DNA of 62,319 nt, counting the filler, from Basidioascus undulatus (Eukaryota), in assembly GCA_000826855.1 (NCBI GenBank). It is 3 parts of 3 records of this genome, joined end to end, with 100 filler letters (N's around TTAATTAATTAA, not from the genome) between each part and the next. Parts side by side here need not be neighbours in the genome. Positions count along the whole stretch, not along the records: positions 1 to 20,892 come from JTLS01001098.1; 2 more parts are not named here. One strand, 5' to 3'. A program made the translations under genes and the position numbers. Of the stretch, positions 1 to 14,345 are shown one piece after another (position 1 is the first letter of the stretch; each line of letters opens with the position of its first letter). A model generated the notes under the pieces. That model made no database searches. It was not told the DNA's origin and worked only from the letters and a program-made list of their open reading frames with translations.

Positions 1-2521
<2,521 letters not shown>

Positions 2522-5500
2522 GACGATTGGGGAACAGTGGTCGCGTGCGCTCGCTTGGCCGACGAGCTTCAGGCCGAAGCTTTTCAATCGCAGGCGAGCA
2601 GCTGGGAAAGGTGAACGCGAAAGTATGGAGCGTGTGAACGGACTGAAGAGAAGGAAGGCCTATGCTCGGCTGGAATGAATAACGCGCACAAGAGAAGAGC
2701 GCAGCAAGGAGGCTCGAGCGTGGCGAACTAGTGCTGCTGGGCCAGCGACGAAAAGCCACAAGAGGCTGAGGGAAGAGTCGCAGCTGATGAAGACGGCGCG
2801 ATGCGAAGCGACGCCGTGGGGCAGAGACTCGAAAGCGGATGGATCCGGCCCGGTGGATTGTTGATATTGTTCGTGATGCTCGAAAGTATCGCGCTATAGG
2901 GGTCAGTACGAGTCTAATAATTGAGCGTGAGCATCCACCAATCAAACAACGATCGACGACTGCGAGACTGGGAAGGTCGTTTTTTTTTTCCCACGCGGCG
3001 TGCAGCGTATAAAGTGGCGCTTTTTTGCCAGCTTCGCGATCCTTTCCACACCTCGTTGTTTTGAATCGAATGCATCAATAGAAGAAAATTACAACATAAC
3101 CTGCAGTATAAACAAAATAAAAATCGAAGTCTCCGTCGCCTGCCATCTCGAGAGTACGAGTTCTACAGCAGTTTCCAGCGATTACCGACGTCTGCACTTT
3201 CAAGAGTCTCACTGCCAGTGGGAGAGCGGTGTTCGGAGAAAAGCTGCTGTATGGGTTCGGGCACCTGATCTCCGTGACAGAGATGGCTTTACGAGTTCCT
3301 GGATTTGGCCGACATCTGGCGTTTGGCGCCCCTCAATTGATGGTCGCTCGACACCCTCTTCACTCCTCATGATCACCTCCCGTTCCCTCACGCCTCACTA
3401 TTCTGGAACCCCCGCGCTATACCATTTCCTATTCCCTCTCATCTCGGAATGCTCGCTCGCACGTTCAGTCGAACCATCCCTCGCGCTCGCTTCTCTCGCC
3501 CGTCTGGCGTTGCGTTCGCCGCAAATTCGGGTCCCGCAGGCTCACCATCTGCTTCAGTCCATCGCTTCGATTCGATTGAATGGCCCCTGGATTTTTGGCT
3601 CGCCCAGCCTACTCTACCGTCCTGCTATCGCCTTCGGCGTCCCAGTGCGAGAAGCAGAGGCTCCGCTTGGCTTCTGGGGCTCGACGCAGGCAAGCGCCGG
3701 CATGGCACAGCTCTCGGGTCCGGCGACTTACGGCTCGAGCGTCTCTGAAAAACTTCGAGAAGCAATGGAAGAGCTGGGGCAAGCCGCAAGCTGGGAAGGC
3801 ACAAAGGAGTGGACGCAAAAGAGCGGACGAACACCCGCTGTTGACCTGCGACTTCGGCAGACTGCAGTGCATCCGGCACTATGCAGTGCGATGTCCAATA
3901 TTTGTTTACGTGACTTTCCACGAATTGGACCATATTGAAACAGTGTAAGTATTACTGAGAATAAAAGACAAGCCCTTCGAGATTTGCCAAGCCCGAGGAA
4001 ACAACTCACTCATCAAGCTGATGGCACAATGAACGTCGCTGCTCTCACTTGTACATGATGGTGTGACTGCCCTTTGTTCTTAGTCCGGAGAATGTTCAGG
4101 TACTTGACCGGTTTGGGGTTGGTGGGAAAAAGTTCACGGTTTGTTTTGCCCGCGCGACTTCAATTTCTCTCAATCTGCTCGCGCACTCCTCAGGAGATTA
4201 GCTTTCTTTCATAGAAAATATCGTGGTTCAAGCTGCTAATGTCAATTAGCTTCTTGCGGTCGTCCAAAACATCCCCACTCTATCACACAGACGAGGATAT
4301 GGGCTCGCCAAATTCGGCTGCAGCTTGCCAAGTCAGCCTAGGCTTTGATCTGAGCTACTTTGATCATCTCCTCCTCAATCCCCTAAAACTTTGAAGAATG
4401 CGAACGGAGAATCCATCTATGCTGACTTGGGCAAGAGAGAAAGGAAAGATCAGGATCCCACATTTGACATGGATGTGCGGTCCGCAGGCCACATGCGCAG
4501 CATCTCAGCCGTTGTTGACTACCCTAATCCTTCATTGATATAGATATTTTGTAATTTAATTACATCCTATAATTTTCGCTTCTGACGTGCAAGGAAAAAT
4601 GCTGAAGCGACATGCTAGCCGTTGGTGGTGAGGGCAGTCCGGCCAGGAAAGATACTTTCGCTGAGAGTGTGGTGAAGTCACGGAGAGTGGCCCAGTTATT
4701 GTGCACCCCCAGCCGGTGTGCAAGAGGGAAGTTTACAGAAAACAACAAGGAGGCCGGCGGACTCATATGGGACTTAAGAGTCCAAATATCATGTGCACTT
4801 TGAGACATTGGAGCGGCACGCGTTTGAGCTTCTATCATGATCGGACATATGGTGATCTTCACTTCTTAGTATGAGCTCAACCAGGTCAATTTTTTTTAAA
4901 AAGGTGCCCAGCCCATGGGTATTGAATTTGAACAGGTTTAGTTGCGGGCGGGTGGCCGCGGCTTCTTGAATTGTCATGCTAAGAGCGCACAGTACGGGCT
5001 AGAGTTCCAATAGGACCCATAGAGTCTACACACGGTAGGGATGGAATAAAAGAGGCTGAATAAACTCATTAGTGTGAGAAACACAGCAAGAGTGTGGGTA
5101 AGGGGAAAGCAAGCCGCAAGGGGTCAAGGGCCAGGCCAGGCTCCAGCTGTGGAAGGCCTCCGAAGCGGATGTTGTGGGCCTGAGTTGCCTTTTCTGGAAT
5201 ATTAGGTAGGCATATCTGTAGGTTAATTTGGTAGATCGGGTGTTAGAGCATTGGAGATGGGCAGCACAGTGTGTTGAAGTTGCATTTGCGCAAGGGCGCC
5301 GCGCTCAGTGGCTGTGGCTGTCTTGAGCGCCCCTCGTCCATGCAACTCCATAGTTGCCCGAATAAGACGGTGCCCCACATCTCGAAGAAAAATGAGGAAG
5401 ACTGTGGCTGTCGGCCATGGTAGACGGGCAGGTTGAACTGCGGATCAAGCTCACAAGACGTTAGTCAGGTGTCTCTTCCTCTAATGTGCCTATGATCACA

Positions 5501-6166
5501 AAGATTCTGTTTCTACCCATTTCACAGTCCTTCAGAGCACAACTGAAGCATGTCACAGTCTCTCACTTCGAAATGGACAAAGGCACAGCCAAGTCAGGGG
5601 CCAGGCGACAACAAGCGAGACGCGCGAAAAAAACTGTGAACCATCCGCCTACCACATTGGTTCCAGAAGGATTGAGTTCGTTTCCAATGTAAATGTAACA
5701 TTGCTGTGAGCGCTTGGTTAATGAAGTCTGCCCTACTAACACGGGCGTGTGCTTCCAGGCAGAATGGGTACGGTTCCGAGTGCAGGTTTGAAAATTCTCC
5801 AGATTCATTAGACTGTGCTCTTTCGAGAAGGGAGCAGTAACTCTAGAATCTACAGTATTACCACGAATGGAGTTTGGGCTCGTCAATGATGTTCAAGGTA
5901 GTCAAGGATCTTCAGCCACACCGAGCCCAGAAGGAAAGTTATGACCAGTTACGTTCCACATGATGCTTCAAACAGGACAATCTACAGAGAGGCAGTCTTC
6001 TGCCCGACAGACACCTATTTGCAGCTACTTCACAAACCTCGCGCTCGGTAGACGCCGTCCGGTTCCTGCGCGGCCTCCTTCCGGCACTGGAGGAAGTCAT
6101 CGACCCAAGACTTCAGTGTATATATCTTAGACAGACAAAAATCCCCCGCACAATAGAGGAGAACCC

Positions 6167-6826
6167 TTAAGGACGTACCACGTTGAATGTATCTCTGCGA
6201 AACTTCAGAGCGAGCACCCCCATCGTCTCCAGCGCCGCGGGCATTGTAGCGCGGAGCGTCCTAACCTGCGCCAGGTTCCCCTCAAAACCCTTCCCCTCCA
6301 CCCCGTCCCCCCAGAACCACTGCACCCCAAACTGGCGCTCCTCTTCCCGCGCCCGCTCCTCCATTTTCAGGCGGATGTACGCGCCCTGCCGGCGCTCGTC
6401 GCCCTCGTCCAGGCCAAGAGCAACCGCTCCCGGGTCCTCGTGGATGAAAACCAGCTCGTACGCATCCCCGACGGAGTCGTGGTTCGCAATGAGCAGGAGG
6501 ATCGTCGGCTCGTCAGCCCCGTCCGAGAGCTCGCGACGCGTGCGCGCGTCTGGCTCCACGAAGAGCTCGCGCCACCTCTATACGTCGATAGGCGCTGCGT
6601 CTGCCAGTTCCGGATCGAATTCGTGTAATACGAAGTGGTGTTAATGCTCGCCCGAGGATTTAAGAAAGGCCACGAGGCGATCGAGCGTCCTCCAGGACAA
6701 CGAGATGGACAGGCAGACCTGAGTTTCGCCCGAGTGTGGGGTGAGAATGTCAAGCGAGGAGGGGACTATTAATACGGTTCCAGAGTCGAAGAGTTGGATG
6801 GGGTCCGTGGACAGCGGTGAAGACAA
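6167..6826 (-). pseudogene. Disabled ORF of unknown function with two in-frame stops
   Basis: ORFs 6641..6826 and 6167..6559 are in the same frame. The intervening codons read as protein (H*HHFVLHEFDPELADAAPIDV*RWRELFVEPD), with TAA at 6643-6641 and TAG at 6580-6578. No in-frame ATG lies directly upstream. Confidence 0.5.
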
Positions 6827-7307
6827 GAGGCCTACTTAGGGATGGAGAGCCGCACGGTGGCACGCTTGCTCCGCTTGCTATCTTGTGCTACATATAAATT
6901 GTGCATGACGTCCATCCTGCCTACCTACATATCGCCCACACTGTTTGCTCTCACAGCCGGCATGGAAGTTGGATAGTAAAGTTCCGTTCGCGGGTTGAAT
7001 GTCCGTTAGCATTGCACCGACCTGAGGTAGGGCAAGAAGAGGAAGGAGCGGCTTTTCCGTCCGCGGCTCCGCCTTTTACAAAGTACCCCTCTCCGCTTAG
7101 CCCCCGCCAGTCCGGGGCATGCCATCCAGGAGTGGTTGGAAGTAACAGCCAATGAAGTGCGCTTTAATGAGCTGCTATTGGTTGGTACAACCGCCGGCTG
7201 CACTTGCCCGCGTGACAGTCGATCGCGTCCACGTCTTCTCGTTTTCGAACAGGCCACTTCGGCCGCTTCTCCTCAACTGTTACTTCACTCTCTTGCCAAT
7301 ACTGACG

Positions 7308-8302
7308 ATGACCCACTCATCGCGCTTTTGGATATCAGCGTGGCTGCTGATATCCTCGATCGTCGTCCTCTGGGTGTGCATCGGCCCTAATCGCCTCAGA
7401 CTCAGCGAGGCCGGGACGCTCACCTTCTTTCGTTGGCGCGCAGGACGCTGGCTACTGCCTTCTCCGACCTCGGAGCATGGTTGGCGGCGACCTACACGAA
7501 CTGTTCTGGAAGCCTTACGCGCTGTATGCCACTGTGCGTCTCCATTTGGAACATTGCTCGCCAGACGACTTGGCTGACAGCTGGTCGCAGATCGACTACG
7601 TGTATGGAGTGCCGTCTTTCGAGAGGGTGTGTTAACCTTCCCTTCTCACTGAGAAAGTTTAGGACTCAAATTTTATAAACCAGGGCGACGGCTTCACGTC
7701 CGCGCAAGCCTTCTTGAACCTGATCGAGAGCGCCCTAAACGTAGGCTTATCCTCTTCGTCTCTTCATCTCTGTCTTCCTTGACCCAAGTCGGGCTAAACG
7801 TAAGACACTACAGTTTGCCTACCTCTACCTTGCGCATCTCAAGCGCGCCCCGATCGCTCCCCTGGTTGGGTTCACCGCGGTGGTGATGACCGTGTCCAAG
7901 ACCGTGCTCTACTGGGCCCAAGAAGTGCGTATTCTCTCAGCCGCCCAGCCATTCCTCCCGCGCCAGCACTGACGTCTGGTTGTTCGCACCTGGTAGTACT
8001 TTTGCGGGTATCCTCTTCAGTCCTATTCAAATACTTGCGGAAGCGCGGTGACTTATGTTGGGTGATGCAGGTTCTGCGCCGTCGGCCACAACGACTGGCA
8101 GACGCTGATCCCCCTCTGGATCGTTCCGAACGGGTGGGATTCGCACCATTGCTTCGACTGGCACATCAAAAGAAGGGCTGACACATTTCGCCGCAGACTC
8201 TGGATAGTCGTACCCAGTTTCATCGCTGTCGCATTCGGACGCGAGATTGCTACGTCCTTGCGGCAGTCCGACGTTACTGGCGCCGGGAAGAAGCGGGCTT
8301 AG
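7308..8302 (+). CDS. EXPERA/EBP (emopamil-binding protein-like) membrane protein, 7 exons
   Basis: The spliced product is MTHSSRFWISAWLLISSIVVLW-DAGYCLLRPRSM..WKPYALYAT-IDYVYG..GDGFTSAQAFLNLIE..SKTVLYWAQE-YFCG-FCAVGHNDWQTLIPLWIVPNG-LWIVVP..GKKRA*. All introns are GT-AG, and the C-terminal lysines resemble an ER-retrieval signal. Confidence 0.8.
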
Positions 8303-8524
8303 GAGATCTGAAGGGTTTGGATGACGGAATGGACGAGTATGGCTTTGATATGGAAAGGACTATGCGGAAAGGGAACAGACGGATGTTTTCTGCTGTCGCT
8401 CTTACAACCACCTTGTAGCAAAACCTGGATTGTCTTCCCTCAGAAACGTTGGTCTCGCTCCTGCAGACCTTGCTAAAAGACATGCAGACAACGAGCAAGT
8501 TGTGGAAACAACCATCTCCAGCCT

Positions 8525-9977
8525 TCACAGCCTCTTCAACTCCTCATCGACAAGCCCGAACAGCAACCTGGCTTCCTCCCCGACCTCCTCCCCACCAACC
8601 ACCGCATCCACCTCTTCATCCCACCGCAGAACCTTCCGCGTCAAGTTCAGCCAGTCTCTCACTTCCCCCATCCGCAGCTTTCCAGCCGCCTCATCCCCGC
8701 CGCTGATCCACGCGTTCCACGCGACCTTAGCAAGTTCAAGCGCGTGCAAGCCGATGAGAGGGTGGAACGCGGGGTAGATAAGCTTATAGATCTTCAGCAC
8801 CGCTCGGCCGGCTTCGAGCGCGGTGAGGGCGCTCTGCGGCGCGTGGGCTAGGCGCGAGAAGGTCGAGGCGAGGAGGGAGAGGTTCGGGGGGACGAGGAGG
8901 GGGAGCTGCGATGCGGAGACGGGCGAAAGGTCCAGCAACGGTTGAGAAAGCGTGAGAAGCTCAGGCAGTGGCAGGGCGGGAGCGGCGTGAGGGAGCGGCG
9001 ACGGAGGCGAGCAGCGGGAACAGGCGCAGGTGAAGCCGTAGGTGGAGAACAGCTCGGATTGCCGGTCGGGAAACGGGAGCGCCGGGTCGACGTAGGAGAT
9101 AGTGACCTGCATGGTTGAATTCTCAGAAATACGCAGGACAAAGCAGCAAACTTAGAGATACTTACCTCCTCGCCTACCGAGACCTCCCGTATCGTGCGTA
9201 CCCGCACCTCCAATCCCTCCCGGCCCCAGACGGGCTCGACGACAGAGGCGGGCCAACACGAGTGGTTCAGGGTGCGACTTGTCATCGGCAGTACGGCATC
9301 ACCGATGCCGTCGCCGTCCAGCCTCGGACGTGGCAGCGAGTGGTTGTTCCGCCCGAAGCGTTCGAGGAGCGCCTGTATGTGCTTGGGCGGAAGTCCGAGG
9401 ATGGGAGAGAGGAGGTCCGGAAGGGTCGAGGGGACCGTGCTAGGTAAAAGAGCGAGGAATGCAGAAGCCGGGGATGATAGGTCGAAAGGGTCGATTTCGG
9501 GGAGAGAAGGTTCAGGGAAGTGGGCAGCCACGAGACGCGCGAGCAGGATTGCGGCGGTGCGGATTGGCGTCGGCAGCGAGGACGCTTGAAAGGCGCAAAC
9601 GAGGCGTGGCAGAAGCGGACAAAGCCGTTTGTGGTACGATGTCCAAGCTCGTATCTGGCCTATCCATCCGATCAGCCCGTTGCTACCAGGAGGACATGTC
9701 TCGAGGAAAAGAACATACAGGTTCTATCGCAGTACCATTCGCTTTTGCACCTCGTGCAGCGCATCAACGTCTCTCTTTCCCGCAAGCATGTATCGCATCG
9801 CTTCCCACGCTCGTCGAAGGGGACGCTGACGGCAAAAGGCGTTTCGCGAAACAGAACAGTGTGAGGGTGGATCGCAGTGCGAGCGTGAGTGGACGAGCGG
9901 AGGGTTGTGTCGGCGGGATGCGAGCGAAGTTCGAGGAGCTGTGCGAAGGGGAGAGTATTCCCGGTCGAATAAGACAT
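8525..9977 (-). CDS. SET and MYND domain lysine methyltransferase (SMYD/Set6-like), 3 exons
   Basis: MYND finger RCDTC..LMRCTRCKSEWYCDRT-CQIRAWTSYHKRLC, SET motifs LNHSCWP and GEEV-TISYVD, post-SET YGFTCACSRC, and C-terminal HPLIGLHALELAK. The start codon is tentative. Confidence 0.88.
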
Positions 9978-11540
9978 TCTTTTGAAGGTATGGCAGTTGA
10001 AGTCAGCTCGCGAGGAACGAGACGAAGCAAGTACGTGGACGCATCGAGGTGCGACCGCGAGCACCTTGACAGCCGGACTAGTGAACGGCGCGACGCGTGA
10101 GTCAGTGAGCTGAGTGGGAAACAGACTTATGGCTATGAATCTTACATAAGAAGTGCCAGTGTGATGAGATGAGGGTGAGAGGTCACAGAAGAACAAAACC
10201 CACAAGTCCAGGTGCGGCTTGGACAGCATAGCGGCACATGAATTCAAACCCCGTCCGAAAGGCCCGGGCAGCAGCGGCAGTCTCAATAGGGCGGAGACTG
10301 CGTTTTCTTCTTTGTAATTATAAACAGGTATTTAACGTCTACGTAAGCTCCCCCAGTCCCCACAGTGAGGCCCGACGATCCTTGGCGGTGATTGTACACA
10401 GCGCCGTGAGACGACTGCATCACAGTTCGTGGGTACTGGCCGGGCGTTTTAAGCTTGCATCCGGGAAGTAATGTGTATTTTACAGAAATTCGTTCTTCAA
10501 ACCGTGGCTATAACGTAACACGCTAAGACGATTGAAAACGCCATTTGAGAAGATAAATATAAGTTACACTTGCCCACTAGTACTCTGGACATGGATTGCA
10601 CGAGGCAAGTTGCGGGTAGATCTTTCCCATGGCCTGTTTTTCTGCGCGATCAAAATGCTCCCCCCCCCCCNAAAATGCCCCCACCCCCCCCAGGCCAGCC
10701 ACCCCAAGATCACAAGTATATTGGTCATGATATATTTTTCAAGAGAACATTTGATACTGTACGCTTCTAAAGTTGTGTGCCAGGTCATGTGCTTTTGTGA
10801 CATGAACTTGTTGGGAACCACAAGCCGGACGTTGCTTTCCAGACTGGCTGCCGCCAAACCGCATCACTTAGTTGAATAGGAGGGTTCCGTAATTGTTATG
10901 TATAAAGCTATTCCCTGTGCCTTCCTCTCATCATGTTCTTGATTTTGGCCTCATCACTTGCAACGAACGAGGCTCCCATAACGCTCCTCAGATAAGCACG
11001 CCCTGTACCGTGGCTTCGTCCTCTAAAGGACACTGGTACAACAAAGCTTAAACTTCAATTTATACATCCTTCATTTGTCTATTTGATCGTTCAGTGGATT
11101 TTAGGTGAGGACACCAAACCTTCAACCGCACTCGTGAACGCTCTCATAAGGTCACCATTGGAAGAGATTTAATAGATGGGGGCTTAACCCTTGCTCTGCC
11201 AGTGAGCACCATTCTGCCAGGCTGCCCTCACACTGCACAAGGGTTTGCAAAGGCGTATCTTGCGGCCGTTGCAGGGTTAGAAATAGAAGGTGCTGCATAT
11301 GTACTCTTCTCAGGCCACCCTCATGTCTTGGGGGCGCTTTTCAGTTTTCCCGTGGAGGGAATTGACTTGTGACTTGCACACACTGCATCGCCCGGCAAGC
11401 GTCGGTCCGGCGCCGACGCTATCAGCTGGCCTCAGATAGCCTCCATCATCTACCTTTACCTCCTCTCTACCACTTGCGTGAAGAAAGCCCATCCATATCA
11501 AACCCCATTCTCTCCATCGAACAGACTGCTACTCGTAAAC

Positions 11541-13482
11541 ATGACTGAAGGTCGTCCTGTCCCGGGTGCCAAGAAACGCGCTCTGTGCTCTTTCGGTGCG
11601 CTCTGAGTTCTATACAGAGTATATGGGGGTAGACCATGGGCTGATGTTCCACATTCATCAAGGTGTCGACGTTGATGCCGTCGCAGGATGGCTCGGTAGC
11701 TACGGCGGCGAAGACTCGCCTAATGGCATGTCATTGCCCTTCCGTTCAGGCTGCTTTTCTTGACTGACGCCCAGGGCGACCAGACATCTCGCGCGGCGTG
11801 TTTGCAGGCGAGGTTGGTACACCCCGTCTCTTGAAGCTTTTCGACAAGTACAACATCAAGGTAGGTAATATCTATCGCTTCTGCCTGCGCCATCGCTCAA
11901 CTCGACTTGCAGACGACGTGGTTCATTCCTGGTCACAGTCTCGGTAGGTTTTGGCCGTTGCCATGTATAAATCCAGATAACCTCACCCCACACTCCGCGT
12001 ACCACAGAGACTTTCCCCAAAGAGATGGCTGCAGTACGAGACGCTGGTCACGAGATTGGCTTGCACGGGTACTCCCACGAGGGTGCGTCGATACAAACAT
12101 ACAGGTGGTCGGAAGTATTGACAAAAATGAAGAAACGTAGACCCTGTGTCCATGACCTTCGAGCAGCAGAAGGAAATCCTCGACAAGACGTTCAAGCAGC
12201 TGACAGAGTTCTGCGGAAAGCCACCGTGCGTGAGTTTCTGATGTTGAGAAGGCAGCGAGTATTAACGATACCTCTGCAAAACAGTGTTGGTAGCGTTGCC
12301 CCTTGGTGGGAGACGTCCAAGTACGACTGCTTCCCTAAAGTCATAAAACTTCTTTCCGATTGCTGACCCCACACCTCATTGCCTGCAGAGAGGGCACCAA
12401 GGTCCGTCTCCTTGTCTGGAATTTCAGCCCCAACATACGCTCACAGAAGGCCTTCCGGGTTCCAGCTGCTTCTGGACTATGGCATCGAGTATGATCACTC
12501 GAACCAGGAAAGTAGCTCTGCGGGATTGACGCGCTCGGTAACCGCTGACATTCCTGAATGGCATACAGCACCACGACTGCCTTCCCTACTACGTAAGCCC
12601 AACATCACCCATGTAAATACCGCAAACTAACACCTTTTGGCACATAGCTCCGTGACGAGGACAAGTGGACCAAGATTGACTACAACGCGAAGAGTGCGGC
12701 GAGCTGGATGAAGCCTCTTGAAAGGGGCCAGGAGACGGGTCTGGTTGAGATTCCGGGCAATTGTAGGCCGTTTACATTTCTGAAGAAAAGTTTCTTCTAT
12801 ATTTTTGACATGACAAAACACGTTTAGGGTACCTCGATGACCTGGTACGCCACCGAGAGCCGCTAGACTCAATTTATTTGTTGTTGACAACCGTTTCCGC
12901 CGCAGCCGCCTCACATGTTCATCAAGAAGGCGCCCAACTCGCACGGCTTTGTGGACGCCGACAGCACTTTCAAGCTGTGGAAGGCTCACTTTGACTACTT
13001 GTACGTCCCGCGTCCCGTACGCCATTACATCGGCATGTCCACTATACATGCTCAGCCGGAGCTCCGAGCAGCTATCGGGAGTATGACTACTTCGTCTTGT
13101 ACGTGTCTTTACAATCAAAGCCATAACACTTTACTAATCCTTGCGTTGATATGTTACCGTGCTCTGGGCAGCCCGATCTCCATCCACCCGGACGTTTCGG
13201 GTCGCCCTCACATCATCCTGATGATTGAGAAGTATGGCAAAATAGACCTTGTCGGGGACAAGAACTGATCATAAAACTACCGTTCCTTCACAGACTCATC
13301 GAATACATCAACACCCACGACGGCGTCGAATGGCTCACTATGGAGGTACTGTCACGAATCCAGACACGTTGACGATGAAGGACGGGCGAGCTTGACGAAT
13401 GTGGATTGGACAGGACATCGCTGCCGACTTCAGGAAGCGTCAGCCGCCCAAGGAGGGTGCCCTTCTTCCCAAGAAGCGCTGA
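11541..13482 (+). CDS. Polysaccharide deacetylase, carbohydrate esterase family 4 (PuuE/HpPgdA-like), 17 exons
   Basis: The spliced product includes [68 protein letters not shown] and [13 protein letters not shown], ending at TGA 13480-13482. No signal peptide is apparent. Two non-GT donors are needed (see findings). Confidence 0.92.
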
Positions 13483-14345
13483 AAAGGTCGCCTCGCTAAA
13501 GGCAACGAGGCCTGCAAGGTGGAAAGAGGGGAGGGGGAACAGACATATTGATGTGCCGCTTTGCGCCGCTGCTACCTGGGCAACTTGTAGGCATTAGCTA
13601 TTCTGCGTGAAAATATCGCCTGAGAAGGTTTCAGAAGGACTCGTAAAAAAACTGAATTGCTCTTACTGCCTTCGCTTGCTCAACAAACTGTAGCCACTTG
13701 GAGAATTCGTCCACGGCAGGTCCGGCACTGCCAAGGGCCTCTTCTTTGTGCCGGTTGATCCACTCTTAGCGGTATAGCGGCTATTGGCAGTACGATTGAT
13801 ATTAAACTTCATCGAAGTCGGTCGCCGACTGCCTGTCCGTGCAGTTAGTTGGTGCAGTCTGCGCAGGCTGATAACGCGCTTTTGCATGGTCGGTGCGACC
13901 AATAGCGTTGCTTGCTTCTCGTCGGTGCCTTGTTTCGTGGCACTGTGCGTTGCACTTGAGCAACATGCCAGAATGCCATTTTTATGTCGTTCTCCTTGCA
14001 CACCTTGTGGCATGCCGCTGCAGTACCGTGAGCCGCGCGGATAGCAAATGCGCAATTGCCGCAGCGAGCGCGTATCTGCCCGACGTCCTCGGCGCTTCTG
14101 TCCTGTGGCGCTTATCGCTAAGACTGCAAGGTCTCATGATAAGGTCAGTCGCCACGTTCAGCCGGAGGCAAATAATAAACATACTGGTCCAAGCTTATGG
14201 TCTATCGCACAAGCGCCGCATAGGCCCATCTCTTGATCCTCATCCTCGTTCTTACTCTTCCGCGCTCCTCCCATACGATCCCGCATACTCCTCTCCCCCC
14301 CCCGCGCGCGTGACGCGTACCAGACACCACATAACATCACATCAT

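Noticed and set aside
3000..3938. 312-aa plus-strand ORF
   Set aside because: It has a non-ATG start, no recognisable domain and lacks the codon bias of real genes here.
6167..6826. Alternative genetic code or stop-codon reassignment
   Set aside because: TAA, TAG and TGA all terminate conserved genes in this window at the expected positions.
10658..10705. C-runs with G-quadruplex potential
   Set aside because: The stretch contains an N within homopolymers, so it is low-quality sequence with no supporting context.
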